DNA of 64,000 nt from Lytechinus pictus (Eukaryota), in assembly GCF_037042905.1 (NCBI RefSeq), contig NC_087251.1:3288001-3352000 (forward strand), in the 5' to 3' direction. The translations under genes and the position numbers were made by a program. Every line of letters begins with the position of its first letter. The stretch's first letter is position 1. Under the pieces are notes generated by a model. That model had not been told where the DNA came from. It searched no databases and saw only the letters and a program-made list of their open reading frames with translations. Shown piece after piece: positions 29,252 to 41,433 of this stretch.

Positions 29252-29939
29252 TTAATTTGCTTTCTCCAGGTCATATTACCACCATTGTATTTTGTATGAA
29301 TTTCTTTTGTCAGTTTGATCGTATTGTTTTCGTATTTGATGGTCAAACAAATAAATTGAACTGAATTGAATAATTGAAAATTATCCATAAATTTTACCGG
29401 TTAGAGTTTCAAAAGTATGTGAAGCAAGACTAGTCAAAGTGACTGAAATTACTGAATACATATGATGCGTAATCAGAGACCGTAAACTAGTTACTAAGTA
29501 AAAACCATAATCCACCTCTACGCTCAAAACTGTCTTTAAAAATCAAATTTCAAATAAAATATATCACTGTTAAAAAATATGACAGAAAATTATTTGCAAT
29601 AATTCAATTTTTTACTTAAAAAGGAATATAGAAAAAATTCTATTACCAAATTTTACAACGATGGGGATAATACACCTCTAAATCGTGTTGATCTAAATTG
29701 GTTCCTGAAAGTTTAGATAAGCTACATGTAAATCTTGGCTAAACTCAACATTTATACGTGTACATATGGGATTACTGGCACTGACCACTGTCAGGTAAGA
29801 TCCTTTCCAAATTTTAGTATTGTTTTCTAAACTTTTCTTTTGTTTAGAAATGTTCTTTACCTTCACTAAAAAGCCAAAAGCAGCATTTAGTTATCAATCA
29901 TAATAACTTGGAAACGTCAGATGCATTGCCATTAGTGCA

Positions 29940-30680
29940 ATGTGTAAAGAGCAAGGCAACCAACCCTCGGCCTGCTCAGGCTCCAGCCTGTCAATGTCAT
30001 CGAGACGTCGCGTTCGGCCTGGCCCGGGCCGGCTCGGGTCAGCTCGGGCTGAGATTCGGCTCGGGCGAGGCACTGCGGTAGCTAAGCTAAGCTTGCCTCA
30101 GCGAGCAGCTCATCAGAGATGTTTGTGACTTTTATTCTGTTTTATAATCCTTTCGCCGTTGTTGGAATAACGCTTCATTTTAATTTAGTCTTTACTTTAC
30201 TTCTTTTCGTAGCTCGGAGTCGTAGAACAGACAGCTGGCAGCCGTCTGTTTCGAGGAGTTTTTTAACATTTTTTTATTTTTTTTAATTTTTCCTCGTACA
30301 CAGACGGCTCGCTATCGTGCAGCCACCATTAGGGGTTAAAAATGCAAAATCCCCCTGACGGGGCTCATCGATTTTTGTCTTTATTTCATAAAAATATACA
30401 AAAAGATCTGTACCAAAAAAAAGATTATCGTTTTGATTTGGCCTGAAATGCACCAAAACGGGGAAAAAACAGTGACTTACTTCGGTTGAAGCGCAACTTC
30501 ACCTGTTTTATCAGAACTTAATACATAAACATATGGCCATTGAGTCCCTGTAGAAAGGCTGTACAGATCGAGCTAGAACTTCGGTCTCTATATTTGGTGA
30601 GTGGAGCCAACGGAGTTCAGCGGAACAAACAACATAACAGAGACCGAAGCTTTTGGTCTAGTAGAACAGGAGTTCCAAAA
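29940..30680 (-). promoter_or_regulatory. CpG-rich candidate promoter / first exon on the minus strand
   Basis: GC/CpG-rich island; donor GAA|gtaagt at 30481/30480; inverted pair cttcggtctct / agagaccgaag at about 30579-30649. Confidence 0.4.
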
Positions 30681-30699
30681 AAAAATTAAAATCATGAAA

Positions 30700-31060
30700 T
30701 TCAAATGAAACTTTAATCAAGGTACGGTCGGACGGTTAACATCCATGACCATGTGCAGTGAGTTGCCATCCTTCTTCTTCCAACCTACACTGACTGCCTC
30801 CTTCAATCCTGAAGATTCTTGCAGTATTGTAGTACCGGGGGCCGGCAGGTGCAATACACCGGGTGAACACCCTACTCTTTGACGAATAGTGTATTGGTTT
30901 TAACGTGCATAGGTTGTGACTCTCCTATACACGGGACCAACATTTGCGTCCTTTCCGATGGACGGAGTGTTTTCCAACAGCATACACACCTGCACTGAAT
31001 ACCGTGGTGAGGCACGCTAACACACAACGCTGTAGCATCAGATTTTTTGTTAGACGCGTT
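30700..31060 (-). mobile_element. Deu-domain SINE fragment
   Basis: Reverse complement of about 30845-30966, CCGTCCATCGGAAAGGACG...GGTCCCGTGT...GCACGTTAAAACC...CACTATTCGTCAAAGAGTAGGG...CCCGGTGT, resembles the DeuSINE central domain as recalled; no clear tRNA head. Confidence 0.65.
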
Positions 31061-31208
31061 TAGGCGGTCTTCAACCTTCAATTTTGCAAAAAATAAAAAT
31101 TCTTACCCAAATCTTTGAATGAGATGAAAGTATCCACAAATCCTTTTAAATATATGAAAAACTTTTCTCCTGAAATTGCTACATTTTTAAGTAAGAACGT
31201 CATGAATT

Positions 31209-31352
31209 ACGGACTTCCTGAACGGCGACACAATGTCAATGATGGGTAAATTTGAGTCACCGATTCGAAAAATCCAATACATTTACTACACAGACATATC
31301 GCGCATGCGCACACACACGCACCGATCGTACACAAAAGTGCATTGACTCAGC
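31209..31352. promoter_or_regulatory. Motif cluster: NRF-1/P3A2 palindrome, two AP-1 sites, one ETS core
   Basis: GCGCATGCGC at 31301-31310; TGAGTCA at about 31253 and TGACTCA at about 31344; ACTTCCTG at about 31213. Confidence 0.4.
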
Positions 31353-31574
31353 TGCGTTGTTGAAACCTCGAAAAAAGCTGAAATTTTTGCCCCCGAGATT
31401 TCTACTTTCCTTCTATTAGATCTAGCCATAAATCATCATAGTAAATGGGATAGGCCTACAACTTCATTTCGACATTTCTACAATATTGAATTCATATTTC
31501 AACAAGAATTCATTAAAAAAAAGAGAAAAATATGAAAAGACTGAAAAATTCCCACGATGTTTACATCGCCATCT

Positions 31575-32350
31575 AAATGGTTCCGTAGTTCTGCTCCCAA
31601 ACATTCAAAATACATGTCATTTTCATCATACTCTCTAGATTTGTAGAGGAATACAGTGTATATTCTGAAGACATTAAAATATTGAAAATATGGGGTCCAT
31701 GTGCTGGTTTTTTAAACTATCCAAAGTGTTGCGAGTTGGCTTGAAACAGTCTAAAAATTCTGTCCAAAAATGTCTAAAATACGAATGGTTCTTTAGTTCT
31801 GCTCCTAAACATTCAAAACCTATGTAATTTTCATCATACTCACAAGATATGTAGAGGAATATTTTCTGAAGACGTTAAAACATTAAAAATATGGGGTCCA
31901 TGTGCTCGTTTTTAAACTATTAGTGTCCAAAGTGTTGCGAGTTGGCTTGAAACAGTCTAAAATGCTCCTAAAACGGGCAAAATTCTGATACCGTCCAAAA
32001 TGTCTAAAATACAAATGGTTCCTTAGTTTTGCTCCTAAACGTTTAAAATCCATGTCATTTTCATCATACTCTCTAGATTTGTAGAGGAATATATTCTGAA
32101 GACATTAAAACATTCAAAATATGGGGTCCATGTGCTGTTTTTCAAATTATCAGTGTCCAAAGTATTGCGAGTTGGCTTTAAACAGCCATAAAAATGCACC
32201 GAAAACAAGCAAAAGTCTGATAATACTGTCTAAAATGCGAATGGTTTCGTAGTCTTGCTCCCGAAATCCATGTCATTTTCATCCTACTTTGCACATAGAT
32301 ACTTTAGCACATGAATATCCCAAATATGCAAAAATTAACAGGTTCATGTG
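31575..32350. repeat. Tandem repeat, ~210-230-bp unit, ~3.5 copies
   Basis: aatggtt.c.tagtt.tgctcc starts at about 31576, 31784, 32014 and 32240; gttgcgagttggctt recurs. Confidence 0.9.
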
Positions 32351-32962
32351 CTTGATTTTTTGCTAGAGCTTCAAAGTTTACCCAAATGGATGTTATTAAG
32401 AATTGCGTATTCAAAAGAAATTGACATTTTTAGACCTCGCGAGATCACATCACATCACACCAGGTACGGAAATGAAGGACTTCTCCTGTAGGTTTTCCGG
32501 TCTTTACTTCTGGTAATTGACGATTATCTTGACAGTTTAAACTTGTGAGACTTTACGTGCGTTGAGAAATTGTTAACACCAATGAGTTTAAAGCTCTATT
32601 ACTCAGTCAAAATCCATGAAAGTTTCATCAACTTTTTCAATATAATTAATAATTGTATCCTTAAGATGGATAATCTATTTATTTTTATATTAATCGTTTG
32701 CTATTTTATGTCTAACAGCACTCTCAGTTCTTAGAAGTAATAGTAGCTGGATTTATAATGCCTTTTTTGCCTGAGGATATAAAGCGCTGCTATTATTACC
32801 CCGGCTTTAGCTCGAAATTGCGCGAAAGATAACAAAAACTCAACCTCAAAATGTAAAATTTCAAAAACAAACTTGAGAAGTACAAGAAATACTGCACTTT
32901 ATTTAAAATCCATGTCAGTTTCACCAAACTTTGCAAAGTTGTAGAGGAAGGTACAGTATACC

Positions 32963-35098
32963 CAGGGCTCCACACTTACCCTTTTTTTCTACTGGTCCAA
33001 CCTATTCATGTCGGACCAGTAGATACCCAGTTTTTCCATTTTTTACTGGTCCGAACCTAAAATCTACTGGTCCCCAAAATAAAGAAAACATTAAAAAAAG
33101 GCGTGAGTTTATTTTGCTGTCCTTTCTTGTTACCCCCCCCCCCAAAAAAAAATGAAGGAATGAAAGACAAAAAGAAAGCAAGACAAAAAGAAACAAAGGA
33201 AGAAATAATAAAAGAAAGGAAGGAAGAACAAATAAAAGGTAAAGAAAGGATAGATGTGAAGGAAGGAAAAAATAAAGAAAAAAAGAAAGAACAAAAGAAA
33301 AAAAAGGAAAGAAAGAAAAAACAAAAGACAGAAAGTAATGAAAAAAGGAAAGAAGCAATAAAATAAGAAAGAAAGGGTATAAGGAAAGATGGAAAGAAGG
33401 AAAAAAGATAGAAAGAAAGAAAGAAAGAAAGGAAGAAAAGGGTAAAGAAAGGATAAATGTGAAGGAAGGAAAAAAAGAAAGAACTGAAGAGGGAAAGGAA
33501 GGAAGGAAAGAAAGAACAAAAATAAGAAAGAAAGAACAAAAGAAAAAGAAGAAATAAAGGAATGAAGGAAAGAAAGAAAGAAGGAAAGAAATGAAGCAAG
33601 CAATATAGAAAGAAAGAACAAAAGACAGAAAGAAGGAAAGAAGCAATAAAAAAAGAAAGAAAGGGTAAAAGGAGAGATGGAAAGAAGGAAAAAAGAAAGA
33701 AAGTATTGAAAGAAGGAAGAAATAAAGAAAGGTAAAATGATAGATAGAAGGAAAAAAGAATGAAGGAAAGAAGGAAGGAAGCAAGCAAGCAATAGAAAAA
33801 AGAAAGAAAATGTAAAATAGATGAAAGTAAGAAAAAAAAGAAAGTCCAAAAGACAAAGAAAGGAAGGAATGAGGGAAAAAAAAGAACGAAAGAAGAAAGG
33901 AAAGGAAGCAAGCAGTAAAAAAAAAAAAAAAAAAGGTAAAAGGATAGATGGAATGAAGGGAAAAAAGAAAGAACAGAAAGGAAGGAATGAATGAAAGAAA
34001 GAGAGAAAGGGCTGAAAGAAGGAAGAAATAAAAAACAAGAAATGGTAAAGAAAGGATGGATGGAATGAAGAAAGAAACAAAGAATGAAGGAAAGAAAGGG
34101 TAAAAAGAAGGAAAGGAAGAAAGAAAGAAAGAAGAGATAAATATAGGATGGATGGACTCAAGAATTAAAGAAAGAAAGAAATCAAAAAAGAAAGAGAAAA
34201 AGAAATAGAGAAAAATGTTAAAAGGACAGAAAGAATGAAAGAACGAAAGACAAAGAATAATTAAAAAAGAAAGACAGTAACAAAAAAAATTAAAGAAGAG
34301 AGGGAAGAAACAAAGAAAGATTGAAAAGAAAGAAAGAAAGAAAGAAAACAGAGGAAGAAAGCTAAAACTATCATAAATAAATTATCAGTTTCTTTTTGGC
34401 TCAATTAAGATATAGCTACGAAAGAAACCAAGTGTATCAACACACACACAAATGCATATGTGGGGCTATCATGTATTCAGACGATATCACTCGAAACCCG
34501 ATCTCTTTGAACTAAAACAGAAGTGAAAATTTCTCCTTTTACTGCTTACAAATGACAGTTACCCCAATTTTTAGGAAATATGGACATTATAAGAGCTTTT
34601 CATTAGTGTGAAATGTGAATTTTGACCGTTCTGTGAGAGATTTCTGCCAGAGGTTTGCCAAGCTTCGCCAAGCTTCGTTCGTGCAGCCAGTAGAAAATTC
34701 ACCATGTGGGCTGTGTGGCTGGCTAGCCATATGTACACTGTATGTTACCGTAGTAAAAATTGCATGCGATTCATTCTGTGTGTATTCTGTGTGTGAATGA
34801 CCAAATTTAACGGGAGGAAAATGGTTTGCAATTTGAGTCATGGAATATTTTTTATGTTTATGTTGGACTAGTGAATTTGACCATTTCTGGAAAAGTTACT
34901 GGCCCAACAATGGTTTTTATTACTGTTTATGTCGGACCCATAAATCTTGCTATTTTTGGAAAAATTACCGGCCCGACAATGATATTTTCTTACTGGTCTT
35001 GTCGGACCAGTAAATCTTGCTATTTCTGAAAATCTACCGGCCCGACAGTGATTTTTACCGGTCTGGGACCGTCGGACCGGCGCTAGTGTCGAGCCCTG
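32963..35098. mobile_element. TIR element with 7-bp TSD containing a purine tract
   Basis: CAGGGCTCCACACT ... AGTGTCGAGCCCTG; GTATACC at 32956-32962 and 35099-35105; subterminal actggtcc/ggaccagt repeats. Confidence 0.88.
33150..34360. repeat. ~1.2-kb polypurine (GAAA/GGAA) tract
   Basis: Almost entirely A/G; source of the spurious F/S/L-rich minus-strand ORFs. Confidence 0.95.
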
Positions 35099-35469
35099 GT
35101 ATACCTAAGAGGTGCAAACATAAAAATATATGTGTTCATGTGCTTGTTTTCAAACTATCAGTACTTTTATTAGAGTAAATGTGCTTTTTGAAATGCCCCC
35201 AAATGCGCCAAAAGCTTCATGAAATAACACATCGGATCTGCAGTAAGTGCAGATAAGGAGAAAAATGCTTATACCTACAGCTGATTACCTAATCACCTGT
35301 TCATCCAGTGTGAGGTCAGCGTGCAGAGTGTTAAATATGCACAGATCATGATGCGCACAAACATAACTGTGGAATGTCCTTAAATTGTACAATATTTCAA
35401 TTCTAGTCAGTGTAAACATATCAGGTTTCATAGCAAGATTATTGGAAGATGGCTCAAGACATAATTTGT

Positions 35470-36300
35470 CTCACAAAGTTTGTCAAAGTATAAGAGTGCA
35501 GGACTGGATGGCATCCACCCATGTGTTTTGAAGGTAACTGCTGTTTCTATCGCAAGGCCCCTTGCCTTGATCTACAATTCTACAATGCATCACTAAAAGA
35601 GGGCAAACTACCAAGTGTCTGGAAGGTCAGTCATGTAGTACCTGTGCACAAATACAGGCAGCAAGGTGGATGTTAGAAATTACAGACTAATCAGTTTGAC
35701 CTCTGTACCTTGCAAAATCCTAGAATCACTTATTCGGGATGAAATAGTTAGCCACCTTATAGAAAATGATCTTCTGTGTGATGAACAGCATGGCTTTTTC
35801 CCTGGACGCTCATGTGTGACAGAGCTCTTTATGGTTATGGAGGAATGGACAGAGATGATGGATGTAGGAAATCCTATTGATGTGATCTACCTGGATTTCA
35901 TAAAAGCTTTGATAGTGTTCCTCATCTGCGTCTCCTCTCCAAACTTGAGGCTTACGGTATAGGTGGTGAAATCAAAGCCTGGATAATTTCTCCAAGAAAG
36001 ACAGCAAGTCAATAATGAATTATCTGACTGGACAAGGGTAAGGAGTGGAGTGCTGCAAGGCAGTATCTGTGGCCCAACAATGTTTGTACTTCGCATCAAT
36101 GACCCACCAGACAGCCTACAGGGGAAAGTCAAGATATATGCCGATGACACTAAATGACAGATGCTTGACAGAGATCAGATAAGATGTATTCAGCCAGCAT
36201 GTCATCAATGACTGGAATTCGCTCCCAGAAGAGGTAGTCACTCACAGCTCAGACAGTGAACAGTTTCAAGACAAGGCTAGACAAGGTGTGGGCGGACTAG
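35470..36300 (+). mobile_element. CR1-clade LINE reverse transcriptase fragment (decayed)
   Basis: KSAGLDGIHP, NYRLISLTSVPCKILE, QHGF..GRSC, YLDFIKAFDSVPH, SGVLQGS, YADDTK, WNSLPEEVV, FKTRLD, with stops and frameshifts. Confidence 0.92.
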
Positions 36301-37245
36301 CGGTACCGGTACTGCTAACCATGTGATAAATAAACCCTACTAATGAAGAGGACGTTGTAGATTCCAAGCTACCGGTAGACTGCCGTGAAGATACCATCTA
36401 ATGAGAAGGATGAAGGCCTTGAACTGGAAGTAAGGATGCTGGTATCATCTGCACTCTTCCAGAATCTTGGATAAAGAGTAAAGATTGGGATATCCTTGTT
36501 TTCTGGTACACTCCCAGTTTTTAGACCAGCTCTCTCTTGCCTGTAGTGTAAGAGGGTCTTCCAGGACCAAGTTCAATATTCTATGATTTTTTTATGTCAG
36601 TCATATGAAACTATGACTGAGAGAACTAGATAGAGTTAGATGATATTTTTGTATTATTTTTTAATTTTTTATTTCTTTTATTTTTATTTCTTTTATTCTA
36701 TGTCTGACAATTTTAAGCGCTGTGATACTTGTGTGTCTAGGGCATATATAGATAACCATTATTATTATTATTATTATGATACCAAGCTCTATTTTCTACC
36801 GACACCAATCAAATGTGCTAGTATTACTAGTCATGTAAACATATCAGATTCTTAACAACAGCCTAAGAGGAAGAAGGAAAGTCAGAAAAAAAATGGAAAA
36901 GGTGCAAATTGTCACAGAATCTATACTTATAGGCCTACATGTAGCACTCTAAATTTCTATGATTGCCATCTATGTCCTGCAGGGGAAGTGAAAAAAAACT
37001 GTACCTGATCCTCCTTAGCAAGGACAGAAATTTATTAAGACGTGATTTGTTTTGGTTCATGAGGATATCTTTGTTTTCTGGGACAGTCATTATTTTTGAC
37101 AAGTGCCTCTACTACTAATTCAGCCAACAATGCCATGCCAGCTGCTTAAACCCACCTGTACTTTGATTGATGAACAGGCTTAGTCCTCCAACATCATCGG
37201 AGTGAAGTAAATCAAGTTTTCCCAATTAAATAGTAGAGTTTCTTG

Positions 37246-38758
37246 TTTTTGTCTCGCCTGCATAGCAGAGCGAGACTATAGGCGCCGTTTTTCCGACGGC
37301 GGCGGCGTCAACATCAAATCTAACCTAAGGTTAAGTTTTTGAAATGACATTATAACTTAGAAAGTCTATGGACCTAGTTCATGAAACTTGGACATAAGGT
37401 TAATCAAGTATTACTGAACATCCTGCCTGAGTTTCAGGTCACATGACCAAGGTCAAAGGTCATTTAGGGTCAATGAACTTTGACCATGTTGGGAGAATTA
37501 TTTTCAAAATCTTAACCAAAGGTTAAGTTTTAGAAATGACATCATAACTTAGAAAGTATATGGACCTAGTTCATGAAACTTGGGCATAAGGTTAAGCAAG
37601 TATAAGTGAACATCCTGCTCGAGTTTCAGGTCACGTGACCAATGTCAAAGGTCATTTAGGGTCAATGAACTTTGGTCAAGTTGGGGGTATTTGTTGAATT
37701 ACTATCATAACTTTGATAATTTATGGATCTAGTTCATGAAACTTGGACATAAGGTTAATCAAGTATTAGTGAACATCCTGCCTGAGTTTCAGGTCACATG
37801 ACCAAGATCAAAGGTCATTAAGGGTCAATGAACTTTGGCCAAGTTGGGGGTATTTGTTGAATTACCATCATAACTTTGAAAATTTATAGATGTAGTTCAT
37901 GAAACTTGGACATTAGGTTAATTAAGTCCCACTGAATATCCTGTGCGAGTTTCAGGTCACATGACCATGGTCAATGGTCATTTAAGGTCAATGAACTTTG
38001 GCCGTGTTGGGGGTATTTGTTAAATTACCATCCTAACTCTGAAAGTTTACCGATCTAGTTCATAAAACTTGGACATAAGAGTAATCAAGTATCACCGAAC
38101 ATCCTGTACGAGTTTCAGGTCACATGACCATGGTCAAAGGTCATTAAAGGTCAATGAACTTTGGCCGTGTTGGGGGGTATTTGTTGAATTACCATCGTAA
38201 CTCTGAAAGTTTATGGATCTAGTTCATAAAACTTGGGATATAAGAGTAATCAAGTATGACTGAACATCCCCTGTGAGTTTCAGGTCACATGACCATGGTC
38301 AATGGTCATTTACAATGTAAGGTCAATGAACTTTGGCCGTGTTTTGGGTATTTGTTAAATTACCATCCTAACTCTGAAAGTTTATGGATCTAGTTCATAA
38401 AACTTAGACATAAGAGTAATCAAGTATCACTGAACATCCTGTACGAGTTTCAGGTCACATGACCATGGTCAAAGGTCATTAAAGGTCAATGAACTTTGGC
38501 CGTGTTGGGGGGTATTTGTTGAATTACCATCGTAACTCTGAAAGTTTATGGATAGAGTGTATGAAATGTGGACATGGGTGTAGTTGACAGTCTTAAGTCT
38601 CCGTTCAAATGTCATTCATGGTCAATGAACGTGGTATTATGTCATTATATGAATGATGTTTTTGTGAATGATTATTTTATAGTAGTTTTCAAAGTTAGCA
38701 CTGCTGCTATTTTAAATTGCGTAATACAGGCGAGACTGCCAGAGGCGTTCCACTTGTT
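37246..38758 (+). mobile_element. Non-autonomous Helentron-like (HINE/DINE/pearl-type) element with an internal ~164-bp tandem array
   Basis: T-run, subTIR GTCTCGCCTG, adjacent IR GCGAGAC, (GGC)n, 7-8 core repeats (gaaacttggacataag), 3' subTIR CAGGCGAGAC at 38727-38736, short GCC-AGA-GGC stem, TT end. Confidence 0.8.
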
Positions 38759-39604
38759 ATTGTCAAGATTCACTATTGACTATTTTAAATCTGATTTCAG
38801 GATTAAATTCACACCCATCCATGATAGTGAAGTGTAACTGTAGACAGGAGATCTAGTCAGTTATCTAGAGGACTAACCTTTACCTATTTTAGACCATTTG
38901 ACCATGAGCAATTTACGGCAGAATCGAGTGTTCTAGTTTTTCTACCTCCACTCATTATAGACAATCTATCTAGTGCTCTATATTTTTTCAATATCCTTGG
39001 TAAGATTCTTTCCAGTTTGAGGCTTGTGTGGGTAAGTGTGGGTATATTTTCTAATATATCTGTGTACTTTTCCACAAACCACTCATTATTTTTTTCTCCT
39101 CACCCCTCTCAAAGTCCTAGTTCATCCTTCCCTCTACCCCCTCCCCCATTCCCAAGTTATTCCTTTTTCCCTTCTTTTCCTTTGTCTTCTTTTTCTTTGT
39201 CATCTTTTACTTCTTCTCTTTCTTCATGTTCTTTTACTTCATCATGTCCTTTTTTTCTCCTCTGTCGTCTTCTCCTCCCTCAAAGTTTCAGATGTATATC
39301 GCCATCTTTTCTTTTGTGTATGTGTTGACAGTGATGACTGGGAAAAATAATGAAACCTTACATTGTTTCATTGTCTTGCTTCACCAGCTGTCAAAAAATA
39401 TTGCATTTAAGTTTACTATACGAAAATGCTAAGCTTGAAGCCTGGAGTAAATTGGACCTCCTCGATGGATTTATCATATCTGTATTATGCATTACAAATC
39501 CAGATTTGCCATCACCTATTAAAAGAGATGTACAACATCATTCTCTATAGTGAGAATTTTTACTTTATTTTCTTTCCCTTTTGATATCCAGAATTATAAA
39601 AAGT

Positions 39605-39759
39605 ATGATGAATTTTCACCAAGCATCATTACATGGTCTCTGTTTAGCCATCTCTATGGTGATGTTATTCCAACCAGTTTTTACAGAAGAGGAACACCAT
39701 ATCAAAGTTGGTCCACCTGCTAGCCTCATCAGGGACAGGACTCATATTCAAGACAGAGA
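39605..39759 (+). CDS. MCFD2: MCFD2-like protein, signal-peptide exon (MMNFHQASLHGLCLAISMVMLFQPVFTEEEHHIKVGPPASLIRDRTHIQDR-D)
   Basis: Polypyrimidine acceptor ...tccag at 39590-39591; hydrophobic N-terminus; IRDRTHIQDR resembles MCFD2 LDKNTVHDQ; phase-2 donor GA|gtaagt. Confidence 0.85.
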
Positions 39760-40899
39760 GTAAGTTACATTTGGTAAACAATGCTACTAATCAATATGAT
39801 ATACCTACATTTGTGTATATATTTTTTTGTGTACATTTTTATTTAAAAAAAATAATAAGTTTGATTTTTTTTTTCAATTTTCATTTCAGTTTATTTTTTT
39901 TTTAGGTATGAATGATTTTATGACTGATTTGAAATAATACATACTCAATTCAATTCAATGTTCTCTTTATTTGCATAAAAACCATTCAAAAGTATATTAT
40001 CAAACAATATTTTACAGAATGCAAGCATGTCTAACTAAGCTTATCTTTAGTTTTGGTTAATCCCCCCAAACTGCAAGTCACTATTCCAATTCCAATTTCA
40101 TACTAGATTATATGAATGTGTGTGCCCTAAAATGATTATGATGTGAATGATACAAAAATAAAATGTATTTTATAGCATTAATTTACCATGATTTACATAA
40201 AAATAAGATGTCTCTTTATTTGTAAACCCTGTAAATGTAGGGGCCAATTAATCCATCCTATGTTGATAAAAGTTTATTTGGATGAAAGGTTAACAGAACA
40301 GTATAAGCAGAACCATTCTAGCAAAATTTTGATAAAACCATGAAGGAAAAAATGAAATTGTGAATTGTTTTGAAATACCAAATCACAAAAAAGTGCCAAA
40401 ATGTGGAATTGTTGAACAAAGTGTACATACATGTATCTGATCAAGGATGCAACTTTACGTTCAAAAGAAGGAACTAGTACTACTTTTTCCACATAATTTT
40501 GCCTGTAAAAAACACCCTTTTTTCTGGAAAAAAATATCATTCAAGATGGATTTCTACTTTTAATCAAATCTGAGTGGCATTCCTGTTCATTGAATGCTTC
40601 ATCATATAAGCGTTTTATCTAGTGTATGCTTTATAACCACTATCCAGGATCTCAGTGTGCTGTAAATAGTGTGATCATCACAACGTAACATTGGAGTAGA
40701 TGTACTATATGTACTGAAGATCTATTTTTAAAAAGGACTGTTGATAGAAATAACTATTGCTTGATTTTAAGTGTACATGTATGATGCTCTACTTCAAAAC
40801 CTACAATAAGTCACAATGTGTAACATGTAGGTTTTCTGTTTAAACCAAACTATTAAGTCGGTCTCCAAAACTCCATATTTGGAAATTAGCTAATCCTAA

Positions 40900-41433
40900 G
40901 GCCCCCATTCCACAGAGGGGAGACCTTTGAAGGACAATTCAAAGACCAAAGACTGGCAAGGTCTTACAGCAGTCTCCAAGATCACTTAAATCTGTCATCT
41001 GTGTGGAATGGCTCAGAAAGACCCCTCAAAGAACTCTGAAAGACTGATGGATATTTCTTGTCTTACTGGTCTTAGAGTAGTCCTATAGAGATATCTCAAT
41101 GGTCTTTCAGAGATCTTTTATGCGACGAGTGATCTTTCAGAATTTTTTCCATGGACTTTACCTGGTCTTTCAATGATCTCTCATGAGTCTTATAGTGATC
41201 TCCACAAAAATCTTGAGAGACTGCCGAAAGATCATGGAAAGACTAGAGAACTTTGAAAGTTCATTGAAAGACCACTTTAAGTCTGCTGAAAGACCATCAA
41301 AAGAAAATTTTCCTGTAACACCACTGAAAGACTGTTTTGAACCGTTTCAAAAGAAAGACCCTTGAAAGTTCAAGCAAGTTTCATTGTCTTACAGCAGTCT
41401 TTCAGAGGTCTTGCTGTCTGTGGAATGGGGGTT
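40900..41433. mobile_element. PIF/Harbinger-like MITE
   Basis: TAA|GGCCCCCATTCCACAGA ... TCTGTGGAATGGGGGTT|TAA. Confidence 0.85.

Noticed and set aside
33002..34161. 284-343-aa minus-strand ORFs
   Set aside because: Low-complexity purine tract; all three frames are open
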